This document shows, in pieces, positions 18,841 through 28,133 of a stretch of DNA of 64,000 bases. A program made the position numbers and the translations under genes. The stretch is from Clostridia bacterium (lineage in GTDB: Bacteria > Bacillota > Clostridia > Lachnospirales > JAOARL01). The stretch spans positions 45,024-109,023 of the forward strand of contig JAOARL010000008.1 of the NCBI GenBank assembly GCA_025210555.1, in the 5' to 3' direction. Within the stretch, counting starts at the first letter, position 1. The number at the start of each line of letters is the position of its first letter. The notes under the pieces were generated by a model. That model searched no databases, was not told the DNA's origin, and worked only from the letters and a program-made list of their open reading frames with translations.

Positions 18841-18869
18841 TTGACATTATACTGTTGAACCCTTATAAT
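18841..18869 (+). promoter_or_regulatory. Perfect consensus promoter P1 (TTGACA-17-TATAAT)
   Basis: TTGACA at 18841-18846, an exact 17-nt spacer, and TATAAT at 18864-18869. Confidence 0.7.
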
Positions 18870-18898
18870 TGACATAGTCAATTATAAGGGTTCAACAG
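18852..18898. promoter_or_regulatory. Perfect palindrome (22-bp arms, 3-nt centre) overlapping the P1 spacer and -10; candidate operator
   Basis: ctgttgaacccttataattgac-ata-gtcaattataagggttcaacag. The two arms are exact reverse complements. Confidence 0.8.
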
Positions 18899-18913
18899 GC
18901 AGATTTATGCAAT

Positions 18914-18942
18914 TTGACAATACCTTTATATGCAACTATAAT
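18914..18942 (+). promoter_or_regulatory. Perfect consensus promoter P2 (TTGACA-17-TATAAT)
   Basis: TTGACA at 18914-18919, a 17-nt spacer, and TATAAT at 18937-18942. Confidence 0.7.
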
Positions 18943-18949
18943 ATTGTTA

Positions 18950-19095
18950 TAAAGAGTGGCCTGACACTACAATAATAAAATCCGAAATATTTGCTAGACA
19001 TGAGTGCTAGTATGTTGGTGAGCAACGGTAAAACTCAAAAGATTTGTCGAACATGAGTGTCGATATGTTGGCGGACAACAGAAAAATCAGGCTCT
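18950..19095 (+). ncRNA. Candidate structured repeat RNA (two 53-nt units, 18977-19029 and 19030-19082) closed by a long-range stem
   Basis: GC content is clearly above the flanks. Each unit folds into an 11/14-nt bulged hairpin, with three fully compensatory pair swaps between the units. GCCTGA (18959-18964) pairs with TCAGGC (19087-19092). Confidence 0.65.
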
Positions 19096-19140
19096 AAAGG
19101 TCATCTTTGATACTGCGGTATCCGAGATGACCTTTTAAAT
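19096..19140 (+). terminator. Intrinsic terminator-like hairpin between the repeat RNA and the ORF
   Basis: aaaggtcatct (19096-19106) pairs with agatgaccttt (19125-19135). Inner stem gatac-tgcg-gtatc. Followed by an interrupted T tract (TTTTAAATTTTATT). Confidence 0.7.
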
Positions 19141-19162
19141 TTTATTAAGGATAGGTATTTAA

Positions 19163-19888
19163 ATGAAATTAAAGAGATTAACTAAAAATGAAGTTTTACC
19201 AAAAGTAATTGAGTGTGCAAATTTATATAAATCAAATCTATTAAATAAAAATATGTTAATAATTTGCTATGATAATAAAAACAAGAAATACTCATACATG
19301 GAAACAGCTTTTCTTGATAAACATTTTGTACATTTAACTGGCATTAAAATTAGGCCCTCAAAAGGTGCTACAACATATAATCCTAATGTTAAAAGCGAGA
19401 AAAATTTTTTCCATAATTGCATTAATCACCGTACACAAATATCAGACTTTGAACTACCAACTGATGGTACTGTTGAGCTCAAAATGCAAGTACTTTCAAA
19501 AGTCATTAACTTTATTAACTCAAATAATATGATGGGATCTTTCGGCCATAGACAAAATCATCTAATTACAGAAAAGCTAGTCGGCAATATTTATGGTTGC
19601 ATGGGCTTTGTAAAAGATACCACTATAGATTACTATATACCTAACACAGTTTTGAAGAAGGACATCCGTGATATTACTAATGAATCCAATTCTATTATTT
19701 GTATTTTCGAAAGAAACATCAGCGAAAACTGCTATGGAGCATTATGTTATTTAAAAGCTCAAAAAAGCAAAAAAGTAAAAGACAAAAAAACAGGGTTAAA
19801 AACAATAATTCAACCTATTAACCATTATAAATATATACGAGAACTTGATTTTGTAATAAATAAAGTTTCAAGCGACTTATTAAATTAA
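19163..19888 (+). CDS. Uncharacterised 241-aa protein; candidate toxin/effector of the repeat-RNA module
   Basis: ATG 22 nt after the terminator, with a weak AAGGA RBS. Basic C-terminal tail. FVHLTGI, NFFHNC and GSFGHRQNH histidine motifs. No ToxN/AbiQ-like or RT motifs recognised. Confidence 0.7.
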   Translation: MKLKRLTKNEVLPKVIECANLYKSNLLNKNMLIICYDNKNKKYSYMETAFLDKHFVHLTGIKIRPSKGATTYNPNVKSEKNFFHNCINHRTQISDFELPTDGTVELKMQVLSKVINFINSNNMMGSFGHRQNHLITEKLVGNIYGCMGFVKDTTIDYYIPNTVLKKDIRDITNESNSIICIFERNISENCYGALCYLKAQKSKKVKDKKTGLKTIIQPINHYKYIRELDFVINKVSSDLLN

Positions 19889-19892
19889 TAAT

Positions 19893-19926
19893 AAAAGACT
19901 TGTCCATAAAATTGGACAAGTCTTTT
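19893..19926. terminator. Bidirectional terminator between convergent genes
   Basis: aaaagacttgtcca/tggacaagtctttt 14-bp stem with loop taaaat. Confidence 0.85.
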
Positions 19927-21160
19927 AATTTTTAAAATCTGCTTTATATTTTTTGTTACTATTTAATGAAACGTCCTCAGGTTTATATACTATGTTAATG
20001 CCTTCTAAGCCTTCTCCTGTAACAAGATATTCTGTCTCATTACTAGAAATCTTAGTAACCACTATCTCTTCAAACATACCTTCTTCATTTAACTTAATAA
20101 TCTTATCTTCATCATATATAGATATTTTAGGTATAACAATACCCTCTTCTTCAACTAACTTAAATACTAAATCTACCTCATAACCTGGTCTAAGTACAAT
20201 ACCTTGTTTCTCATCTGGAACTACTAAAACTTTAACCTTTTGTTCTTTAAGTCCTAAACTTGATACCATCTCTTCAGCAGCTGGCGCTATGTATGTAATT
20301 ACACCTGTAAAAGTTTCTTTATGATCACTTCTCTCTTGGATAATATCTACGTCATCACCAAGTTCTACATCTATAGCCTTATCTGTTAAGATATATGTTT
20401 CTATTTCATATCCATCTTTACTATAAACTTTAAATACTGGTGATACTGTATTTAAGTTCTCACCCTTTTTAGCATAAATTTTACTAACCACTCCAGTTAT
20501 AGGAGACTTTATGTGACTACTGTTAATCTTTTCTTCTAGATTCTTTATTTCTGCTCTTAGAGACTCTTTAAGTCCCTCATAATGTTCCTTATCTCCCACA
20601 GTTGGCTTTGTTCTTTCTTCAAGTAAAGCCAATGCCTCCTTCTGTTGAAGAAGGTTGTTTTCAAGTTTAGCTAAATTATTCTTAATAGTTTCAAATTCTT
20701 CTTTGCTAATTCCACCATTATTATAAATAGTTTGATTCTTATCAAAATCATCCTTTGCTTCTTTTATATCTTTCTCAATTTGCTCAATTTCAAGTTTTTT
20801 ACCATTTATCTCTGACTCTAACGGACTCTTAAAAGCAGCTTTTTCTTGTCCTTCAACACTCTTAAGCTGCCCTTTAAGTGCATCAACTGAATTCTTAAGC
20901 TCTTTTGTATCAAGTTCTATTATCTTATCACCCTTACTAACTTCTACACCTTCTTTTACTAAAACTTTTAATGCTTTAGCATTAATCTTTGAGTAAACAT
21001 CTATTGAATCTACAGATTTAATCTTACCTTCTTCTACAAAAGTTTTCTTATAAAGCTTACTCTCAAGTTTAATCACTTCAACAGAAGGCTTAGAAGTTAA
21101 ACTAAAACCTAATGCCGCTGCTATTAATAATACTACTGCAATAATTACTTTCTTTTTCAT
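19925..21160 (-). CDS. HlyD/MacA-family efflux adaptor (membrane-fusion) protein
   Basis: N-terminal TM segment, a lipoyl-like segment (KVLVKEGVEVSKGDKIIELD), a long coiled coil and a beta-barrel C-terminus. Confidence 0.8.
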   Translation of the reverse strand: MKKKVIIAVVLLIAAALGFSLTSKPSVEVIKLESKLYKKTFVEEGKIKSVDSIDVYSKINAKALKVLVKEGVEVSKGDKIIELDTKELKNSVDALKGQLKSVEGQEKAAFKSPLESEINGKKLEIEQIEKDIKEAKDDFDKNQTIYNNGGISKEEFETIKNNLAKLENNLLQQKEALALLEERTKPTVGDKEHYEGLKESLRAEIKNLEEKINSSHIKSPITGVVSKIYAKKGENLNTVSPVFKVYSKDGYEIETYILTDKAIDVELGDDVDIIQERSDHKETFTGVITYIAPAAEEMVSSLGLKEQKVKVLVVPDEKQGIVLRPGYEVDLVFKLVEEEGIVIPKISIYDEDKIIKLNEEGMFEEIVVTKISSNETEYLVTGEGLEGINIVYKPEDVSLNSNKKYKADFKN

Positions 21161-21217
21161 TATTTTCTCTCCTTATTAATTTATATTAAATAATCTAATA
21201 CTACTAATCTAAATTTA

Positions 21218-21310
21218 CTACATCATTCTAGCACTAAAAAAGCTCACCCCTAATATTAGTATTACTCCTAACAATATCAACAATATCTCTATTTTTCTTC
21301 TTTTACTCAT
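21218..21310 (-). CDS. Possible 30-aa single-TM micro-protein coupled to the permease gene
   Basis: ATG overlaps the permease stop (TAATG). Peptide is MSKRRKIEILLILLGVILILGVSFFSARMM. Below the ORF-track size cutoff. Confidence 0.35.
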   Translation of the reverse strand: MSKRRKIEILLILLGVILILGVSFFSARMM

Positions 21311-23646
21311 TATTCTCTCTCCTTTAAAACTTCTACTAAATCAAAGTTCTTTACTTTTTTATAAATAGTATATTGAGCTATAACAATAGATAATATACTA
21401 AATACAAATGCCATACTTACAGCTAGAGCTGTTATATCACTTGGCATAGCATAAAGATCACTCTCTATACTTGCTGCCATAGACTCTTGCATAGACTTAA
21501 GCAGAGGTACTCCTAAGACAAATCCAAATATGGCAATAAACCACTGCTCAACTGATATTATCTTAACTACTTCCTTAACTCTAAGACCTACAAGTCTAAG
21601 TGATGCTAGTTCTCTTTTTCTCTCTGACAGACTTACAAGTGATGAACTATAAATAACTGAAAAGGCTATTATAATTCCAAATAGAACCATAATCCCTATT
21701 GATGCATTTGTAGACTGCATCATAGTCTCAAACTTTGCCATAGACTCTTTTACTGATTCCATATTTGATATCACTTCTGAGTCTTCATACTTATCTCTAT
21801 AATAAGCTATCTTATCATCATCAGCTTTCATAACTACTGAAGTAATAAGCTTATCTTTTTCAAGCAACTGACTTAAACTATCTATATCCATATATGCATT
21901 AAGCCCTAAGTACTGCGGAATTATATTTTCTACAATAACTTCTTTATCATCAATGCTAGAATTCATATAGAAACTTTCCAGCTTAATCTTATCTCCAATT
22001 TCTGCCTCAAGTATTTTGGCTAGTCTTGTAGATAGAATTATTCCTCTACCTGTTAATTTAACTTTATTATAATCTTTATCAAGTATATTGTACATCTTAG
22101 CATTTTTCTCTATTCCTAAAACAACAATATCTTTTTCTTTGTTTTTATTCATAAGTTTAGCTGGTATTTCAGCTATACCTTCTATATAATCTCTTCCTGA
22201 AAACTCCGGCTTAACTTCATCATACTTAAGTGCACTCTTAAATGCTATCTTAAAATCATGAGTCTGTACATTCTCAAACTGGTCCACTATCATAACGTCC
22301 ATTGCCTGCTTCATTGAGAATGGAGTTCCTAATATAGCAAAGCTCACTGCTATCCCTATAAGAGTGAAGAAACTTCTTCCTTTATTTCTAAATACATTTC
22401 TAAGAGCCATCTTAGAAATAGAATTAATGTTATTCCATATAATACCAATCTTCTCTATTAGGTATTTACTATTAAACTTAACTGCCTTAGGTCTCATAGC
22501 TTCAGCTGGTCTAAGTTTCATTACCTTCCTACATGCTATAAATGCAGCTCCCATACTTATAAATACCGATAAGGCTATTCCATAAAAGAAATATGCAATA
22601 TTAAAATCATTTCTTATACCTGGTATAGCAAAATATACTTTGTATAAGTCTATCATTGGATTACCAAGATAATATCCTAATATTCCACCTACGATACCAC
22701 CAAACAGCCCTACCGCAAGTCCATAAGACATGTAATGGAATATAACTTCAAAATTTGAATATCCAAATGATTTAAGTATACCTATCTGCATTCTTTCGTT
22801 CTCAATAAGTCTCTTAAGTACTATCATCAGTATAAATGATGATATACACAAAAATAGTATTGGTAATGAAGTAGCAGAAGCTTCAAGTTGAGTTAACTCT
22901 TGAGTAAGAATATAATTACTCATTTGATCATCTTGATCTACTATAAAGTTAATACCGTACTTCTTTACATTCTCTTCTAACTCCTTTTTAACTACATCAA
23001 ATTCTGTGTCTTTATTCATCTCGAAAGTAAAATCATTTACTACTCCATTTTCTGAGAATAGTACATCCATTACCTCTGAATCAGCAAAAGCTATTCCAAA
23101 TTTCTCTGGATCTGGATAAAGCTCCGCTGCATCTTTAAGTGCATATACAAACTCTGGACTATATGCTTTACCTACTACTGTGAGTTCTTTCTCTTCTCCA
23201 TTTATAATTACTTTAAACTTATCATTTACCTTTAGCTTGTTAGCATCATAGTATTTAGCATCAAGCCATACTGTTGGCTCTGATGACGAAAGCTCTATCC
23301 CTTCGGATAACAACGGTTTGTTTAAGGTATCTGTAACTCCTACCATCTTTATAAACCTGTTATCCTTTGTTCTTACATCCTTAACTTTTCTTGCTTCAAC
23401 TTTCTTAATACCTTTTAAAAGTTCTACCTTCTTAACTTCACTTTCAGGCATGTTCTTAACACTAACGAAACCATCTGCAAAGTTTGATTCTGTGTAGAAA
23501 TTATCTTTACCAGTATTTAAACTTATCATCATAGTTGAGAAAAGTGTAAATATAAGAATTGATACTATTATTATAAAGGTACATGCTATATATACACCTT
23601 TATTTCTATTCATATTCCTTAGCATCTTCTTAAAGAGCATTACCAC
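21310..23646 (-). CDS. ABC transporter permease with two FtsX-type domains (MacB-like)
   Basis: 778 aa with two 4-TM FtsX-like blocks separated by a large extracytoplasmic domain. Overlaps the ATPase gene. Confidence 0.85.
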   Translation of the reverse strand: MVMLFKKMLRNMNRNKGVYIACTFIIIVSILIFTLFSTMMISLNTGKDNFYTESNFADGFVSVKNMPESEVKKVELLKGIKKVEARKVKDVRTKDNRFIKMVGVTDTLNKPLLSEGIELSSSEPTVWLDAKYYDANKLKVNDKFKVIINGEEKELTVVGKAYSPEFVYALKDAAELYPDPEKFGIAFADSEVMDVLFSENGVVNDFTFEMNKDTEFDVVKKELEENVKKYGINFIVDQDDQMSNYILTQELTQLEASATSLPILFLCISSFILMIVLKRLIENERMQIGILKSFGYSNFEVIFHYMSYGLAVGLFGGIVGGILGYYLGNPMIDLYKVYFAIPGIRNDFNIAYFFYGIALSVFISMGAAFIACRKVMKLRPAEAMRPKAVKFNSKYLIEKIGIIWNNINSISKMALRNVFRNKGRSFFTLIGIAVSFAILGTPFSMKQAMDVMIVDQFENVQTHDFKIAFKSALKYDEVKPEFSGRDYIEGIAEIPAKLMNKNKEKDIVVLGIEKNAKMYNILDKDYNKVKLTGRGIILSTRLAKILEAEIGDKIKLESFYMNSSIDDKEVIVENIIPQYLGLNAYMDIDSLSQLLEKDKLITSVVMKADDDKIAYYRDKYEDSEVISNMESVKESMAKFETMMQSTNASIGIMVLFGIIIAFSVIYSSSLVSLSERKRELASLRLVGLRVKEVVKIISVEQWFIAIFGFVLGVPLLKSMQESMAASIESDLYAMPSDITALAVSMAFVFSILSIVIAQYTIYKKVKNFDLVEVLKERE

Positions 23647-24344
23647 TTCACCTCTTCTGGTGATACTTTATGCTCATTTACTACTATGTTATCTAGTACA
23701 CCATCTTTTATGTTAAATACTCTATCCGCTATATCTGCTATTGATGCATTATGTGTAATTATTATTACTGTCTTTTTGTATTTCTCATTCATGTCTTTTA
23801 GTAATCTTAATACACCTATTCCACTTTCAAAATCTAAGGCTCCTGTTGGTTCATCGCAAAGCAGAACCTCTGGATTTTTAGATATAGCTCTGGCTATTGC
23901 AATTCTCTGCTGCTCCCCACCAGATAACTGTGATGGAAAGTGATCTTTTCTATCATATAAACCAACATCACTAAGTACATCTTCTGGTTTAAATGGGTTC
24001 TTAGATATCTCTGTTACAAGCTTAATGTTTTCATAAGCTGTAAGATTAGGAATAAGATTATAAAACTGGAATACAAATCCTATCTTATCTCTTCTATACT
24101 CTGTAAGTTGCTTTTCACTATATTTATGAACTAATTCATTCTTATAAACAACTTCTCCACTTGTAGCTGCATCCATTCCACCTATAATATTTAGGAGTGT
24201 TGATTTACCTGATCCACTTTGACCTAGTATTACAATAAATTCTCCATCATATATATCAAAGGTAGCATCTTTAAGCGCTTTAACTACTACTTCTCCTGTA
24301 TGATACTCTTTAACTACCTTCTTACCTTGCATTATAAGATCCAT
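23640..24344 (-). CDS. ABC transporter ATP-binding protein (MacB/LolD-type)
   Basis: Walker A GQSGSGKST, signature LSGGEQQR, Walker B LLCDEPTGALD. Confidence 0.9.
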   Translation of the reverse strand: MDLIMQGKKVVKEYHTGEVVVKALKDATFDIYDGEFIVILGQSGSGKSTLLNIIGGMDAATSGEVVYKNELVHKYSEKQLTEYRRDKIGFVFQFYNLIPNLTAYENIKLVTEISKNPFKPEDVLSDVGLYDRKDHFPSQLSGGEQQRIAIARAISKNPEVLLCDEPTGALDFESGIGVLRLLKDMNEKYKKTVIIITHNASIADIADRVFNIKDGVLDNIVVNEHKVSPEEVKW

Positions 24345-24354
24345 AAATAACCTC

Positions 24355-24927
24355 CTATTTATATATACTTTCTAATTGCTTAATAATAACTTCTTCATTT
24401 AACTCATTATCATTTATCATTAAGGTTCTATTTAACTTTATCCCTTGTGTCACATTAATCAGTGCCATTGTTACTATATCTGCATCAAGACCTTCCCGCG
24501 TATTGCCATTAGCAATAGCTTCTTCTACTTTAGATTTAAACAACCTATACACCGAACTATAATGTCCCCCAAGTAAAACTCTACAAGTATCAAATCTAAA
24601 TGCATCAAATATTAATTTAAACTGATTTGGAACTTCTCCAGATATAATTAACTCATTTGTCATGTATTGACTAATAAGTTTAGCTGTTACTTCAACTACT
24701 CCATCTAAGTCTAAATCCTTATTAAATAATGGTGATGAATTTTCATTGTTATTTGCATAGTAATATTCAACTGCTGAGACAAATAAATCATCTTTATTCT
24801 TAAAATGATGATATAATGCAGCCTTTGTTATACCACATGCACTTGCTATATCACTTAAAGATGTCCCATCGTATCCCTTATTCATAAACTGTTTCAGCGA
24901 TTCTCCTATTATTTCTGTTTTTCTCAT
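24355..24927 (-). CDS. TetR/AcrR-family transcriptional regulator
   Basis: Start at ATG 24927 (AAGGAGG RBS). HTH TSLSDIASACGITKAALYHHFKNKDDLF. Confidence 0.85.
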   Translation of the reverse strand: MRKTEIIGESLKQFMNKGYDGTSLSDIASACGITKAALYHHFKNKDDLFVSAVEYYYANNNENSSPLFNKDLDLDGVVEVTAKLISQYMTNELIISGEVPNQFKLIFDAFRFDTCRVLLGGHYSSVYRLFKSKVEEAIANGNTREGLDADIVTMALINVTQGIKLNRTLMINDNELNEEVIIKQLESIYK

Positions 24928-24955
24928 ATTTACCTCCTTACCTACCGTTAAGTTA

Positions 24956-24984
24956 ATTCTATCATTAGGTGAAAAGGAATGCAA
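24956..24984 (-). promoter_or_regulatory. Putative promoter of the TetR-ABC operon (TTGCAT-17-TAGAAT)
   Basis: -35 at 24979-24984 and -10 at 24956-24961. Confidence 0.45.
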
Positions 24985-25018
24985 ATAAAAAGAACAAGAT
25001 TAATTAATCTTGTTCTTT
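24985..25018 (-). terminator. Rho-independent terminator after hsdR
   Basis: agaacaagat/atcttgttct stem followed by TTTTTATTT on the minus strand. Confidence 0.75.
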
Positions 25019-25034
25019 AAAATGATTTTTATTT

Positions 25035-28000
25035 CTATAAACTCCCACCTACACCTTTAAATTTGTCTACCAAAGCGGAAATCTTTTCAAATACATTCTG
25101 CTTCTTTGCTAAATATTTGGGGTTAAGTGGACTCATTTTAGGTAGAATTTCATTAAGTTCTGTTCCGTTGTCACTTGCATATTCTTTTTTTAGTGAACTT
25201 AATATATATCTTTTTGCAGCGTCTTCATTAAGACACTCGGCATTAATTAGTGATTCTACCTCTCTTTTTTGCTCTTTTTGTGCAAATGAAAAGAACGAAT
25301 CTATAATACTAACTTTATCTTTAATGTTATCTAAATCTGTAGTATTAATGAAATCTACAACTAATCCTTCTTTTGCTCTATTACCAACACTAGAACGAAT
25401 TAAACGTCTTACTTCATCAACTAAAGCTTCCTTATCTTTTACTTTTTTATTTTTTTCAAAAATAAGCTCCAATATATAATCTAAATTTATTTCCTGTGAC
25501 TTTAAAAGATCAACTTCAAAAACAACATCATCCCAGTCGATATCAGATTCTTCTTCCGCATCTCCATTTCTTTCTTTTCTAATCCAGTCACTAATATCAT
25601 TATAAGTTGATCTATAGTCCTGAATTGTTCTTTCATCTAACATATCAATATTCTGCATTACTTCAATATCTTCGTCTGTTAAATAATATTTCATTTTAAA
25701 TTCTTCTACAGCTTTATCATCTGTGATATCTGTTGACTGCAAGGCTTTTAATCCTGAAAATTCATCATAGTTTTGTAAAATATTTTCAATACGTAAATAC
25801 TCTCCAAAAAGTTTTACAAATTCTTTCTTATCTTTTTTTGTAACAATCTCATCAACATCCGGAAACCCTTCCTTTAATTCTTTTACTACATCTACATATC
25901 CCCTTTTAGTTTCTCCTGTTACTAAATCGGTAAATCCTTCCATATACTCTTTATAGCTTTTTTCTAAAACTACATTTTTAGTATTTTTATCTCCAAAAAG
26001 AGTTATAGCATCAATGGTAGATTTTTCTAAATCTCTAAATGTTATAATATTCCCAAAAGTTTTAGTCGAATCATAAATACGATTAGTACGCGAAAATGCT
26101 TGAATTAATCCATGATAACGAAGATTTTTATCAACGAACAATGTATTTAATGTAGGTGCATCAAATCCTGTTAAAAACATTCCTACAACTATTAATAGAT
26201 CTATTTCTTTATTCTTTACACGCTTTGCAAGATCTCTATAATAGTTTTGAAATCCTTTACTATCTACTCCATAATTTGTTTTAAACATCACGTTATAGTC
26301 ATTAATTGCTAATGTTAAAAATTCTTTAGCACTACTATCCATTGCAGAAGGCTCAAAATTCTCATCAGGTATCTCACCTATAGCATTTTGTTCCTCATTT
26401 GCTGCAAAAGAAAATATCGTAGCAATTTTAAGTGGTTTATCACTATCTTTTTGTAATTTATTTAACGTATCATAGTAAAGTTTTGCTGCATCAACACTAG
26501 TCACAGCAAACATAGCATTAAATCCCTTGTTGTTATTCTTTTGTCTATGTGTCTTAACTTTAAAGTTTTTAAGAATATATTCCGAAATTTCATTTATTCT
26601 ATCTGGATGCAATAAAGCTACTTTATTTTCCGCAGATAATAATTTTTTCTCATCTTGTTCTTGTTCTATCGACTTAAATTTAGGTCTTACATCATTATAA
26701 TCAACTTTAAATTTAAGTACTTTCTCATCCCTGATTGCATCCGTTATTACATATGAATGAAGTTCTCTTCCAAATACACTTGAAGTTGTTTCTGACCCCA
26801 ATGCGTTTTCTGGAAAAATAGGTGTTCCTGTAAATCCGAATTGGTAGAATTTTTTAAACTTCTTTTTGATATTTTTTTGTGCTTCACCAAATTGTGATCT
26901 ATGCGCTTCATCAAAGATAATTACTACTTGTTTATCATATATAGATAAATCAGTTTCATTTTTTATAAGATTATTCAACTTTTGAATAGTAGTAACTATA
27001 ATTTTATTATCATCTTTTTCTATATTACGTTTTAATCCGGCTGTACTTTCCGAACCATTTACACTGTCAGGTGAAAAACGCTGATACTCTTTCATAGTTT
27101 GATAATCCAAATCTTTTCTATCTACAACAAAAAACACCTTGTCAATAAAATCTAATTCTGTTGCTAAACGAGCTGCTTTAAAACTAGTAAGCGTTTTTCC
27201 TGAACCAGTGGTATGCCAAATATATCCACCACTTTCATTTGTTCTCCACTTTTTAGCTTCGTATGAACTTTGAACCTTCCATAATATTCTCTCTGTTGCC
27301 GCAATTTGATACGGTCTCATAACAAGCAAAGTATCACTTACATCAAAAACTGAATACTTAAGCAATATATTTAACAACGTATTTTTTTGAAAAAATGTAG
27401 CAGTAAAATCTTTCAAGTCTTTTATTAATTTATTGTCTGATTTTGCCCAGTTCATTGTGAAATCATAACTGTTTTTATTCCTTTTAGTAGTATTTGCAAA
27501 ATAACGGCTATCTGTACCGTTAGAAATTACAAATATCTGCAAATACTTAAATAACGAGTTTTCCGAATTAAAACTCTCTTTGCTATATCTATGTACTTGA
27601 TTAAACGCTTCTCTAATAGCAACTCCTCGCTTTTTAAGTTCAACTTGAACCAAAGGCAACCCATTTATCAAAATTGTCACATCGTATCTGTTAGCATGAG
27701 TTCCCTTTTGCTCAAATTGTGAAATTACTTGTACTTTATTTCTTGCAATATTCTTTTTATCTACTAAATATATATTTTGAATATGTCCATCATCAAATAC
27801 AAAATCATATATATAATCATCATGAATTTTACGTGTCTTATCTACATGATTATCACTCGGTTTATCTAGGTACCGTTCACAAAATCTAAGCCATTCTGAA
27901 TCAGAAAACTTAACCTTATTAAGCTCTTCTAATTGTACTCTAATGTTAACTAGCATCTTATCGTTACTTGTTATTTCTTTTGTATATTCATACCCTTGAT

Positions 28001-28133
28001 TTATTAAATCTTGAATTAATTCACGTTCTAAATCTGCTTCAGTTTGGTAACCTGGATCTTTCTTGTCTATTTTATTATATTTATCTAATACTATAAATTT
28101 ATCTAATTCTGCAATAGTTTTATAATTACTCAT
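25035..28133 (-). CDS. hsdR: Type I restriction enzyme R subunit
   Basis: 1032 aa. Helicase motifs [20 protein letters not shown] and FTGTPIF. Start overlaps the prrC-like stop. Confidence 0.9.
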   Translation of the reverse strand: MSNYKTIAELDKFIVLDKYNKIDKKDPGYQTEADLERELIQDLINQGYEYTKEITSNDKMLVNIRVQLEELNKVKFSDSEWLRFCERYLDKPSDNHVDKTRKIHDDYIYDFVFDDGHIQNIYLVDKKNIARNKVQVISQFEQKGTHANRYDVTILINGLPLVQVELKKRGVAIREAFNQVHRYSKESFNSENSLFKYLQIFVISNGTDSRYFANTTKRNKNSYDFTMNWAKSDNKLIKDLKDFTATFFQKNTLLNILLKYSVFDVSDTLLVMRPYQIAATERILWKVQSSYEAKKWRTNESGGYIWHTTGSGKTLTSFKAARLATELDFIDKVFFVVDRKDLDYQTMKEYQRFSPDSVNGSESTAGLKRNIEKDDNKIIVTTIQKLNNLIKNETDLSIYDKQVVIIFDEAHRSQFGEAQKNIKKKFKKFYQFGFTGTPIFPENALGSETTSSVFGRELHSYVITDAIRDEKVLKFKVDYNDVRPKFKSIEQEQDEKKLLSAENKVALLHPDRINEISEYILKNFKVKTHRQKNNNKGFNAMFAVTSVDAAKLYYDTLNKLQKDSDKPLKIATIFSFAANEEQNAIGEIPDENFEPSAMDSSAKEFLTLAINDYNVMFKTNYGVDSKGFQNYYRDLAKRVKNKEIDLLIVVGMFLTGFDAPTLNTLFVDKNLRYHGLIQAFSRTNRIYDSTKTFGNIITFRDLEKSTIDAITLFGDKNTKNVVLEKSYKEYMEGFTDLVTGETKRGYVDVVKELKEGFPDVDEIVTKKDKKEFVKLFGEYLRIENILQNYDEFSGLKALQSTDITDDKAVEEFKMKYYLTDEDIEVMQNIDMLDERTIQDYRSTYNDISDWIRKERNGDAEEESDIDWDDVVFEVDLLKSQEINLDYILELIFEKNKKVKDKEALVDEVRRLIRSSVGNRAKEGLVVDFINTTDLDNIKDKVSIIDSFFSFAQKEQKREVESLINAECLNEDAAKRYILSSLKKEYASDNGTELNEILPKMSPLNPKYLAKKQNVFEKISALVDKFKGVGGSL

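Noticed and set aside
18950-19140. Known riboswitch or attenuator (for example tandem-hairpin guanidine-II, T-box) as an explanation for the leader
   Set aside because: The hairpin loops are 10 nt (GAGUGCUAGU / GAGUGUCGAU) and lack the ACGR loops of mini-ykkC. I see no T-box specifier or T-loop features. I cannot fully exclude an unknown cis-regulator, so this is listed as a refutation route in the findings.
18950-19888. Retron (msr/msd + reverse transcriptase) interpretation of the structured RNA + ORF
   Set aside because: The 241-aa protein has no YxDD or other RT motifs and is too short. The RNA has tandem direct repeats rather than the a1/a2 inverted-repeat layout.
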